A stretch of 64,000 bases of DNA from Candidatus Micrarchaeota archaeon (GTDB taxonomy: Archaea; Micrarchaeota; Micrarchaeia; Anstonellales; Bilamarchaeaceae). Below, in pieces: positions 55,226-63,651 of the stretch. The stretch's first letter is position 1. Each line of letters opens with the position of its first letter. The stretch covers positions 90,304 through 154,303 of the forward strand of contig JACRGD010000005.1 of assembly GCA_016212525.1 (NCBI GenBank), read 5' to 3'. Position numbers and translations under genes: made by a program. The notes under the pieces are model-generated. The model was not told where the DNA came from, ran no database searches, and worked only from the letters and a program-made list of their open reading frames with translations.

Positions 55226-55636
55226 ATGATTCTTGTATTATCTGCATATCCTGATCTAAAGTCTGCCGAATCTATGGCGCTAAAGTTAGTTCAAAAAGAG
55301 CTTGCGGCCTGCGTCAACATTGTCAAGTCTGAAAATTCAGTCTATCGCTGGAAGGGTAAAATCGAGATGCATTCTGAATACCTTTTATTTATCAAAACCC
55401 TCCCAAAGGCGTATCCACAATTAGAACTTATGATAAAAGAAGGGCATCCCTATTCTACGCCAGAGATAATCGTTCTCGAGGTAAAAGGCGGAAACACCGA
55501 TTATGTCTCGTGGATCGATTCCACCGTGCTCTCTAGGCTTTTGAGTGTACCGCTGGATTTTAGGGCGATTAAGCGCGAGGGAGTTCCAGAAAGGGAATCA
55601 ACAAGTGCCAAAAAGCCCAATACCTTATCTAGGTAA
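55226..55636 (+). CDS. cutA: divalent-cation tolerance protein CutA, with a ~35-aa C-terminal read-on
   Basis: LAACVNIV...SVYRWKGKIE...EYLLFIKT...HPYSTPEIIVLEV...YVSWI is the CutA1 signature. The tail beyond WIDSTV overlaps the pop5 3' end. Confidence 0.75.
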   Translation: MILVLSAYPDLKSAESMALKLVQKELAACVNIVKSENSVYRWKGKIEMHSEYLLFIKTLPKAYPQLELMIKEGHPYSTPEIIVLEVKGGNTDYVSWIDSTVLSRLLSVPLDFRAIKREGVPERESTSAKKPNTLSR

Positions 55637-55836
55637 TCCCGTTTGCACCTAAGTATTCCTGTTTTTCCTTTTTCTTCGTATTCAACTAATTTTAGTGCAG
55701 CTTCAGATAATCCATATTCGCCAAAGAAGCGCAATGCTTCGCTATATATCGCTCTTTTTACTGATTCCTTATCTGCATCTGGGCCTTGAAGAAGAAATTT
55801 AATGTACCTTTTTTTTAGCGCGCCTGCTTTGACCAT
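55501..55836 (-). CDS. pop5: RNase P protein component Pop5 (Rnp2)
   Basis: KKRYIKFLL...AIYSEALRFFGEYGLSEAALKLVEYEEKGKTGILRCKRDY...SGTLKSL matches the Pop5/Rpp14 pattern. Confidence 0.75.
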   Translation of the reverse strand: MVKAGALKKRYIKFLLQGPDADKESVKRAIYSEALRFFGEYGLSEAALKLVEYEEKGKTGILRCKRDYLDKVLGFLALVDSLSGTPSRLIALKSSGTLKSLESTVESIHET

Positions 55837-55888
55837 GACTAAGCTTTAAATCAAGGGTTTTTAATTACTTGACCGTACAACCTCTTTT

Positions 55889-56473
55889 ATGATAAGTAAA
55901 GATGATTTTCACTTGCCTCCATTTGCACGCAAACTCAAACGCGGTGGGCCAGCAACTACGCATCCTAAAGATGCCGGTCTTGTTCTGGGATATACTGGCA
56001 TAACTAAGGAATCGCGGGTTTTGGAACTGGGTTGTGGCTCAGGCTACATGACTGTTCAATTCGCATCTATTGCAAAAGAAGTTGTTTCCTATGAAAAAAG
56101 GGAAGAATTTCTAGTTCTTGCCAAAGAGAATGTTCAGAAAAATCACCTGGATAATGTGACTTTTAATCATAAGGATGTTCATGAAGGCATATCCGAAACT
56201 CCCGACTCGTTCGATTTGGTTTTTGTCGATATTGCCGATGCCGAGCGGATCGTTCCGGTTGCACATTCGCTTCTTAAGAAAGGTGGCTATTTAGTTGGCC
56301 ATTGCCTCCAGATGGACCAGGCTAGAAAATTACAGTTAGAACTTCAAAAACAGTTTTCAGAATCCTTCTCCTTAGAGTCCTCAATTCGGGAATTTGAAGC
56401 CCGTGAGTTCGGCTTTAGACCCCAGCATTTTGGGCTTACATATACTGCAATTATGGTATTTGGACGAAAATGA
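55889..56473 (+). CDS. SAM-dependent methyltransferase, TrmI/Gcd14-like (tRNA m1A)
   Basis: THPKDAGLVLGYTGI...VLELGCGSGYMT...VFVDI pattern. Confidence 0.55.
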   Translation: MISKDDFHLPPFARKLKRGGPATTHPKDAGLVLGYTGITKESRVLELGCGSGYMTVQFASIAKEVVSYEKREEFLVLAKENVQKNHLDNVTFNHKDVHEGISETPDSFDLVFVDIADAERIVPVAHSLLKKGGYLVGHCLQMDQARKLQLELQKQFSESFSLESSIREFEAREFGFRPQHFGLTYTAIMVFGRK

Positions 56474-56521
56474 CAATCCTCTTTATTATTAAGTTTTTCT
56501 GCAGATAGCTTAGTGATATTT

Positions 56522-56794
56522 ATGGCACAAGTAGAAGTAAAAAACGATGGCGCAACTGTTGAAATCGCAGATGGTTCTCTTTTGGCAGATCTAGATGGCA
56601 AATGTTCGATTCTCTTTGCATGTAAAACTGGAAGCTGTGCTTCATGTAAAGTTCGGGTTACTGAGGGCATGGAAAATCTTGAAGCTCCAAATGAATTAGA
56701 GCAATCTGGTCTTGCTACCTTTGCAACCGATCCATCCGAAAGATTGATGTGCGTTTGTAAGATCAAGAAAGGCAAGATAAAAGTCGAGTATTAG
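56522..56794 (+). CDS. 2Fe-2S ferredoxin-like protein
   Basis: CKTGSCASC...C cluster spacing (C-x4-C-x2-C...C) in a ~90-aa beta-grasp-sized protein. Confidence 0.55.
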   Translation: MAQVEVKNDGATVEIADGSLLADLDGKCSILFACKTGSCASCKVRVTEGMENLEAPNELEQSGLATFATDPSERLMCVCKIKKGKIKVEY

Positions 56795-56900
56795 TTTTTT
56801 CTTTTTTCCGTTAGCTTTTTAATCCGAAGTCTGAATGTATACTATTGGTTTTGATTAAACTTGCGTCACGTCCTAAATTTCGTGTCGCTTTAAGTACAAA

Positions 56901-56936
56901 TAGCGAAGCGGTCAAACGCCCTTGCTTTTGGCTCAG
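56901..56936 (+). pseudogene. tRNA-Leu-like fragment (D-arm plus start of the variable arm, no anticodon arm)
   Basis: TAGCGAAGCGGTCAAACG (56901-56918) is identical to 57040-57057. TGGCTCAG (56929-56936) is identical to 57186-57193. I found no acceptor stem or T-arm. Confidence 0.3.
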
Positions 56937-57032
56937 TTTTCTTATGTCAAAAGTAAAGAGTTGGTCAAAACCCTAGGATTTTATTAGTTCCGCAAGCGGA
57001 ATCGGAAAGACCATTGGTCTTTCTTAATATGT

Positions 57033-57308
57033 GCAGGAGTAGCGAAGCGGTCAAACGTGACAGACTCAAGAGGCTTTTTGTCTTCAGCCATCCCAAGGCC
57101 AAAAACCCTGGAAAAAGGCTTGAGATATTAGCCAAATAAATAGTTGCGTAATATTCCTATATCAATTGCGATTTGGGAAATCTGTTGGCTCAGCGCCTTC
57201 GAAGGTTCAAAGAGCCCTTTTGGCTTCTGAAAACTTATGGCAAAAGGTCTTCACCCCAAAACCATGAGTCGTAAAATCCAAAAGAGCTGGAAAATCCTTC
57301 CTCCTGCA
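57033..57308 (+). tRNA. tRNA-Leu(CAA) with two introns: 109 nt at 37/38 and 83 nt in the T-loop (59/60)
   Basis: Exons, with introns marked by their coordinates: GCAGGAG-TA-GCG-AAGCGGTCAAA-CGT-G-ACAGA-CTCAAG [57071-57179] A-TCTGT-TGGCTCAGCGCCTTC-GAAGG-TTCAAA [57212-57294] T-CCTTC-CTCCTGC-A. All four stems pair. The D-loop and long variable arm are Leu-like. Intron 3' TTGGG pairs with exon CTCAA. Confidence 0.6.
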
Positions 57309-57619
57309 CTAGGCGAGCCCCAAACGGGGCTTGCCGCATACTTATCTGATCTGAGGTCTTACTTCCGTAGGACTTCCTATTTTATCTAAAGACTTCTAAA
57401 AGAGCTGCCTTCTGGGTTTTCCTTCTGCATTTTATGTTGGTTTGAGTTCACTATGGTGAACAGCAACACAATTGCGATTCGCTAAGATAACAAACCACAG
57501 ACAAATCGAACGGTTTGCTATGACTTATCGGCATATTTTTGCCGATATCAACACAGTGTCTAATCTCACAAGCTGGGTTGGGCATTTTGGTCTCCGAGTC
57601 TGTTGCTTTAATCTATTTT

Positions 57620-58261
57620 TCATCGATCCCGATCGCAGAGTGTTCCTCCTACATACAGTACAACTCCTCCATCTGTTACTCCTGTTATTCGCACTTCAAC
57701 TGTGCCTATGGGAGCAGAACTCACTCTTCTTATCGAGTCACCCTCTACCGTCAGTCTAAGGGGAGAATCAGGTTCTCTTACGCAAGATAAGTCTGTCGTA
57801 TTTATTATAACTAATTCTCCCTCTACGTTTACTAGCGTGTATCGGGTTCTATTTACTGCAAAGGGTGCAAAAAATTGAATCGGTCTTTCAAGACTCGAAG
57901 GCGCGGTATCACAAGTTCTTACTAATACTGGAATTGCTGGACATGATTCTGTTGCATCTGGTGGTATGATGACTGGTATGTCGACTGCTGCCAAAGCGTC
58001 TCTTTGGGTTGATCTATCCTCAGCTGCATCTCCTCTCATCGCGTTTGGGTTATTTCTCGCGTCTGGGGTGGTTATCTGGACATCGCGATCGAAAGGCCCA
58101 GGGGTTTTGCTTGCGCATCCCATCATCAAGGCTGCTGTAAAAACATGAATTGCGAATCGTGATCGTGCTGAGCGCGACTCTGTTATCGACTCTGGTTCTG
58201 AGCTGATTTTTGAATTCGTTGTGTTCTGGCTCCTTTTTTCCTCTATTTTTTTTAGTTTCAT
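57620..58261 (-). CDS. secreted lipoprotein-like hypothetical protein
   Basis: 213 aa. Hydrophobic segment FAIHVFTAALMMGCAS (lipobox-like) after a charged N-terminus. No family call. Confidence 0.45.
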   Translation of the reverse strand: MKLKKIEEKRSQNTTNSKISSEPESITESRSARSRFAIHVFTAALMMGCASKTPGPFDRDVQITTPDARNNPNAMRGDAAEDRSTQRDALAAVDIPVIIPPDATESCPAIPVLVRTCDTAPSSLERPIQFFAPFAVNRTRYTLVNVEGELVIINTTDLSCVREPDSPLRLTVEGDSIRRVSSAPIGTVEVRITGVTDGGVVLYVGGTLCDRDR

Positions 58262-58608
58262 AAAGTATATTGATCTGTATGTGTTTATATCTGTTATAGT
58301 TAATGGTTTAAATCTTTGATTTTGATTTGTTTCAACTCTTTTGTGTTTTGCGTTTCTTCCCTTTATTCCGAACCGCGGAGGGGGAGCGCCCCTTCCTCAG
58401 TTTGAGGTTCCTTCTGATCCTCCCTACTTACAAAGATCACTCGAAGCGGTTCATGGGTGACTACCCCGCTGCTTGGAGCGGTTGGGATCTTTATTGTCGT
58501 ACGATTTTAGTACTATTTTGCCGGTCGATGGCCCAAGACCTTGAAAAATAACTTCTGCCGTCGTTGATCGAACTAAACAAATTGAATAACTGATTTAACT
58601 AAGGTTGA

Positions 58609-58923
58609 GACTGCTCCGAAATTATCCATCCAGATCAGGGCCTTTTTAGGCGAGTAAATGAACAAGATCTTGCACTGAGGTTTCCTGATGGTGATGGAAC
58701 TATCTATCTTGGAGGTCAGGAGTGCAATCAGCGTGGACTGGGACCTCACGTTGATGTTAGGGGTGAAATACACCTATGTGTTGGTGAAACAAAATCATAT
58801 GGTAATGTTCGTGAGGTCTCGTTAGATACGGCGTGGACACGAATGCGACAGGAAAACTCAGTGTATCTCAAAACAGGCCGGTTGAATTGTCCCCCCAGGA
58901 ATGCGGCAAGAACTAGGCTATAG
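58609..58923 (+). pseudogene. remnant of a radical-SAM/SPASM-type enzyme C-terminus (no start codon)
   Basis: A 104-codon open frame with no usable start: ...FPDGDGTIYLGGQECNQ...HLCVGETKSYGNVREVSLDTAWTR... This resembles the SPASM/twitch tail (P.G.vy.C...GNv.e.sl.eiW). The track ORFs on the opposite strand here look spurious. Confidence 0.35.
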
Positions 58924-59075
58924 AGAATACTCTTCATGATAAATGCTCAGAAAAATCGAAAAGAATGGTGAAGACATCTCTAGATGCACGAACTTGAGAT
59001 AAAAAACTAACTGAGGTACATTACTAGGAATCGTTGAAACTGTGGGTATATAAGGCACAATGATAAATCGAAGTA

Positions 59076-59264
59076 ATGGCAAAAAACATTAACTGTGATT
59101 TGTGTCAGAGAGAAGTCAAGGGAAAACCCCATTCAATTTTAATTGAAAACGAAGGAAATCCACAAAAAATAGTTGAGGATTTGGATTCCGTTTGTAATGA
59201 TTGTAGCGAGAAAATACTGTTTTTCATTGAAAACTTAAGGAAGACTGATAAGAAGACTAAATAG
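59076..59264 (+). CDS. small CxxC...CxxC zinc-binding protein (hypothetical)
   Basis: 62 aa with CDLC and CNDC pairs. Confidence 0.35.
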   Translation: MAKNINCDLCQREVKGKPHSILIENEGNPQKIVEDLDSVCNDCSEKILFFIENLRKTDKKTK

Positions 59265-59594
59265 CTAGAGACGGATGTAGAAATAATCGATTATTTGGGA
59301 ATCCGCCATTTGTTTTCTCTTGAGAAAAATAAAACAAAAATACCAAAAAGCATGCCAATGATGACAAAACCTAGTTTCTGATATGGAACAAATTTATCTA
59401 GGAAAAATGTTAACTCCCAAATAATCAAAACAACTTACAAATAACCTAGAATAACGAATTACCGAACACCCAAGAAATTTTTTATATATGACTAGTTTTG
59501 AAAAGAGCTGCTTAAATGGAGTTTTTATTTTTTAGCGGAAACTAATTAAACTTAACAAGACAATTTACTTCATTTCTATTTAGGTGTAGTAGTT

Positions 59595-62123
59595 ATGACA
59601 AAAAACGACCATTATACGATAGCAGCAGATGCAATTCCGTCTCATTATGAGTTGTATTTTGAACCTAATTTGAAAACTTTTGAGTTTCGTGGTATTGCAA
59701 TAATAACCTTTCAAATCAAAAAGGAAACCAATTCCATCCTTCTTAATGCCAAGGACCTGAAAATACACTCTGCAAAGATAATCTCTTCTGGTTCAGAACA
59801 GGAGTGCTCTTTCAAGCTAATCGACAATAATGAGGTCATTTTTTCTTTTTTAAACCCTGTTAATGGCGAAATAAAGTTGACTATCGAATATGGTGGTGTT
59901 CATAATGATAAATTATATGGATTTTATCGAAGCAGGTACTCTAAAGATGGAAAAGAAGGGTACATTCTAAGTACTCAATTTGAAGCACCAAATGCACGAG
60001 CTGCTTTTCCCTGTTTGGATGAGCCTTCATTCAAGGCAATCTTTGATGTTACTATTGCTACCGATGTTGATTTGGAAGCTATTTCAAACATGCCGATCAA
60101 AGAAACCCGTATTGATGGTGGTAAAAAAGTCTATGTCTTCGAGTCTAGTCCGAAAATGTCCACTTATCTTCTATATTTGGGTGTGGGCAAGTTCGAGCGC
60201 GTAAGTGGTGATGCTGGGAATGTAAAAATGAATGTTTATTCTGTTCCTGGCAAGTCACAATATCAGCAAATGCCTCTCGAATACGGTAAAAAACTCTTCT
60301 TGGACCTCCAAACCTATTTCCAGATCGACTATCCGCTTCCGAAAATGGATTTAATAGCAGTTCCTGATTTTGCAGCAGGAGCAATGGAAAACTGGGGCGC
60401 CATTACTTTCCGGGAAACTGCTCTATTGGGAAATGAGTCTGAGACGAGTGTTGGTGGAAAGCAGCGAATTGCTGAAGTGATAGCGCACGAAATAGCTCAT
60501 ATGTGGTTTGGAGATTTAGTAACTATGGTCTGGTGGGATGATATGTGGCTCAACGAAAGCTTTGCCACATATATGGAATACAAATCCGTGGATCGTGTGT
60601 TTCCTCAATGGAAGGCAATGCAAAAGTATTATCTGGATTCCGTAGGTTCTGCATTTGTTGCAGATGGATTGAAAAATACTCATCCTATTAGCGTTCAGGT
60701 TAATACTGCCGGTGAAATCTCAGAACTCTTTGATGCCATTGGATACAATAAGGGGGGTAGTGTCCTGCTAATGCTTGAAGATTTTGTCGGGCCCCAAATT
60801 TTCCGAAACGGCCTTATCAACTATCTAAAGACTCATGCTTATTCAAACGCCACCAAGAAGGATCTCTGGCATGCGATCGAGCTTGAAAGTCGTTCTGTCG
60901 GTAAGGATTATCCGGTAGTTGAAATCATGGAAGACTGGATTACTCGAGAGGGTTATCCAATCGTAAGCGTGAAAAAAATTACTAATGGTGTTTTTGAAAT
61001 AGAACAGGAACGCTTTACTATCTCTGGAAATGTCAAGGGCGGAATCTGGAAAATTCCAATAACCTATCTTTGCGAAAAAGGAGAGAGAAAATTAATTCTA
61101 CGAGAAAAGAAAACTCGAATTACAAATGCCGGAAGTTGGATCAAACTCAATTACAAACAGGCCGGATTTTACCGGGTTCGATATGAGATCGAAAATCTGA
61201 CTATTCTTGGCGAGTTTATAAGAAATAAAAAACTTGAATCACTAGATGCCTGGGGAATAGAAAACGATCTGTTTGCTCTTCTTCGATCAGGAGAAATTCA
61301 TTTACCTATCTATCTGGATTTTGTTAAAAATTACTGTGTTGATTTACAATATCCTGCAAATGTCAATCTATCTGGCCATTTAAGCTGGCTCACGTCTATC
61401 CTCTTCAATCAGCCCCTTTCGTCTATTGTTAAAGCCGTAAATGTTGGCTATCATGTAAAACTACTCGATTCTCTTGGTTTTGATGTTAAACCAAACGAAA
61501 GCAGTATTGACACTAAACTCAGATCAATGGCACTTTCTGAATTGGGGCTTTGTGGGTATGGTCGTGTGGTCGATTGGTCCAAAAAGCATTTTCAGGAACT
61601 TTTGACTGGAAAATCCTCTATCAATCCCAATCTCAAGCGGCCTATATATTTCACTACTGCGTTCAATAGTCCTGATCTTGAAAAGTTTGATCAGTTCCTT
61701 AAGGTATATGGTGGATCAGGATCTCCGGAGGATAAGATCATTGCTCTTGTTGCTCTTGGGAATCTGGGAGATTCAAATCTCCTCGAATCTGCTCTGAATT
61801 TGGCTCTTTCAAAAGAGGTTCGGCTTCAGGATTCTGTAATTTTGCTGGGTTCTGTTGCATCGAATCCATCGGGTCGTCTACTATATATGAATTGGGCACT
61901 TACAAACTGGAAACGGTTTATGGAACTTTACGATCCATCATCTCATATGCTCAAGAACTGTGTTTCCGGCTTTGGAATGCTCGCGGATGAGGTTTCCTAT
62001 GTTCAACTAAAAACTTTCTTTAGTGACAAGTCCAATTTGAGAGATGACATTAAACTTGAAGTGCTTCAAACCTTTGAGCGAATCGAGGCAAACATCAAAC
62101 TCATTAAGAAAAATGTGCTTTAG
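59595..62123 (+). CDS. M1-family aminopeptidase (aminopeptidase N / tricorn-interacting factor F3-like)
   Basis: GAMENWG exopeptidase motif and HEIAHMWFGDLVTMVWWDDMWLNESFA zincin motif. ERAP1-like C-terminal domain. Confidence 0.9.
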   Translation: MTKNDHYTIAADAIPSHYELYFEPNLKTFEFRGIAIITFQIKKETNSILLNAKDLKIHSAKIISSGSEQECSFKLIDNNEVIFSFLNPVNGEIKLTIEYGGVHNDKLYGFYRSRYSKDGKEGYILSTQFEAPNARAAFPCLDEPSFKAIFDVTIATDVDLEAISNMPIKETRIDGGKKVYVFESSPKMSTYLLYLGVGKFERVSGDAGNVKMNVYSVPGKSQYQQMPLEYGKKLFLDLQTYFQIDYPLPKMDLIAVPDFAAGAMENWGAITFRETALLGNESETSVGGKQRIAEVIAHEIAHMWFGDLVTMVWWDDMWLNESFATYMEYKSVDRVFPQWKAMQKYYLDSVGSAFVADGLKNTHPISVQVNTAGEISELFDAIGYNKGGSVLLMLEDFVGPQIFRNGLINYLKTHAYSNATKKDLWHAIELESRSVGKDYPVVEIMEDWITREGYPIVSVKKITNGVFEIEQERFTISGNVKGGIWKIPITYLCEKGERKLILREKKTRITNAGSWIKLNYKQAGFYRVRYEIENLTILGEFIRNKKLESLDAWGIENDLFALLRSGEIHLPIYLDFVKNYCVDLQYPANVNLSGHLSWLTSILFNQPLSSIVKAVNVGYHVKLLDSLGFDVKPNESSIDTKLRSMALSELGLCGYGRVVDWSKKHFQELLTGKSSINPNLKRPIYFTTAFNSPDLEKFDQFLKVYGGSGSPEDKIIALVALGNLGDSNLLESALNLALSKEVRLQDSVILLGSVASNPSGRLLYMNWALTNWKRFMELYDPSSHMLKNCVSGFGMLADEVSYVQLKTFFSDKSNLRDDIKLEVLQTFERIEANIKLIKKNVL

Positions 62124-62168
62124 TGACTTCTCTGGGCTCGCATTTTTGTGCGGTTCAGTTCACTAAAT

Positions 62169-63047
62169 CTAATCAAAAAACTCGACTTCAAATCCCTTAC
62201 TCTTATACATCTTATTGTTGCTGGATATTATGAGTGTCTCTATAGGTAATTTATTCGACAATTCAATGCCTTCTTCGAATCCTGCAGTGAATACTGCCTT
62301 TGCATAGACGTCTGCTTCCATTCCTGTTTTTGCCAAAACGAATATGGCCTTTACGCCTGTTGCGGGTTTTCCGATTTTCATATTTATCAGGTGATGTGCA
62401 TTGCCCCATCTCCTGCGATTCGCTGAGGATGCGGCGATTGATCTGCCGTCTAATTCTATCTTTCCTATTGCCCTTTGTGCATCGTCTGGGTGTTCAAGGA
62501 GTACTGGCCACGCTTCCAACTCCTCTCCTTTTTTGGCATATATGTCCCCGCCCCCATTGATGTAGTAATGAAAAACTCCTTTTGATTCGAGTATTCTTGC
62601 GATCCGATCTAGTGCAAACCCCTTACCAATTCCGCCAAAGTCTATTTCCTTCCTTATTAAAACTCGCCTCTGTTTTTCTTCAAATTCTATATCGTTCTCA
62701 TTTCTTATCCATGTCTTTATCTGTCCTTTGGATCTAAATGAATATTGCTGGTCATATCCTAGATCATCCAAAATGGCCTTTACGGTTATGTCAAAATTTC
62801 CGTCTGTCTTTCGTCTAAACTCTTCTCCTCTTCTTATGAGCATGTAAAATTCATCAGAAACAAAGGTCCATTCTCCTAATCGTTTGTTTAGCTTTGATAA
62901 TTCGGAATTGTCTATAAATCTTGAATATGCGGCTTCAATTCTTTTTATTTCATCAAAACATAAAGAAAAAAGATGTGAGTGCTGCTTGGCTAATTTTATC
63001 TCGATGCTAGTACCAAGCAACTCCTCTTTTTGTGCTACTATTTCCAT
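62169..63047 (-). CDS. apbE: FAD:protein FMN transferase ApbE
   Basis: DFGGIGKGFALDRIARIL and YYINGGGDIY motifs. Confidence 0.85.
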   Translation of the reverse strand: MEIVAQKEELLGTSIEIKLAKQHSHLFSLCFDEIKRIEAAYSRFIDNSELSKLNKRLGEWTFVSDEFYMLIRRGEEFRRKTDGNFDITVKAILDDLGYDQQYSFRSKGQIKTWIRNENDIEFEEKQRRVLIRKEIDFGGIGKGFALDRIARILESKGVFHYYINGGGDIYAKKGEELEAWPVLLEHPDDAQRAIGKIELDGRSIAASSANRRRWGNAHHLINMKIGKPATGVKAIFVLAKTGMEADVYAKAVFTAGFEEGIELSNKLPIETLIISSNNKMYKSKGFEVEFFD

Positions 63048-63053
63048 CTCTTT

Positions 63054-63566
63054 TTAGTTCTCCTGGACTATCTTCTCTACATACTGTTTGAATGCTGCGG
63101 TGGTCAGGGAACTTCCAGCTACGTTCTTGGGTATGTTGAGTTCGGTTATTTTCTTTCCTACTACTAACTCCGGCAGTGCATTATTGAAGTTGTTTATTAT
63201 TTTTGTGGAGATCTGGTTTGTTTGTCCTACTGTTACTGTTGCTGCCTTTATAGTGTCGTTCTCGACCGTTACTGAGATATTCACTGTCTCTGATCCGCTG
63301 TGATAGGCATATGTTACATTTGAAGAATATGTTCCGTCTGCTATTGCCTGATTTATTGTTTCTTGCATTTTCTGTTGGCCTGTTTTATTATCTGAAGCTA
63401 CAACTGTTTTATTATCTTTATTTATCCCTGGTGTTTGAATCTGAGAATTTGCACCTGTTCCTGTGGGAGTTTTGTTGCCTATATCATTTTGTCCTGTACA
63501 TCCAAACAGTAGCATTACTGCCACTAATATAACTACTATAGTCAATGCGTATTTCATAATCATCAC
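63054..63566 (-). CDS. lipoprotein with a possible FMN-binding (flavinylation-target) domain
   Basis: Lipobox LLFGCTG. The C-terminal VAGSSLTTAAF resembles the (S/T)GA(T/S) flavinylation motif. It sits immediately upstream of apbE on the same strand. Confidence 0.45.
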   Translation of the reverse strand: MMIMKYALTIVVILVAVMLLFGCTGQNDIGNKTPTGTGANSQIQTPGINKDNKTVVASDNKTGQQKMQETINQAIADGTYSSNVTYAYHSGSETVNISVTVENDTIKAATVTVGQTNQISTKIINNFNNALPELVVGKKITELNIPKNVAGSSLTTAAFKQYVEKIVQEN

Positions 63567-63651
63567 TGTCTCTTTATTTTATTCCACATTTTCCGAACTC
63601 TGTTTATAATCATTTCCTGTTCTTGTAGTTAGTCCCTATCCTTGATTATAG

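Noticed and set aside
57472-57790. Two + strand ORFs (95 and 83 aa) downstream of tRNA-Leu.
   Set aside because: Most of their length is antisense to the more convincing 213-aa lipoprotein gene (57620-58261, -). Their products are low-complexity.
58573-58937. Two minus-strand ORFs (66 and 63 aa).
   Set aside because: They are antisense to the radical-SAM/SPASM-like remnant, whose frame shows recognisable protein similarity. The minus-strand translations do not.
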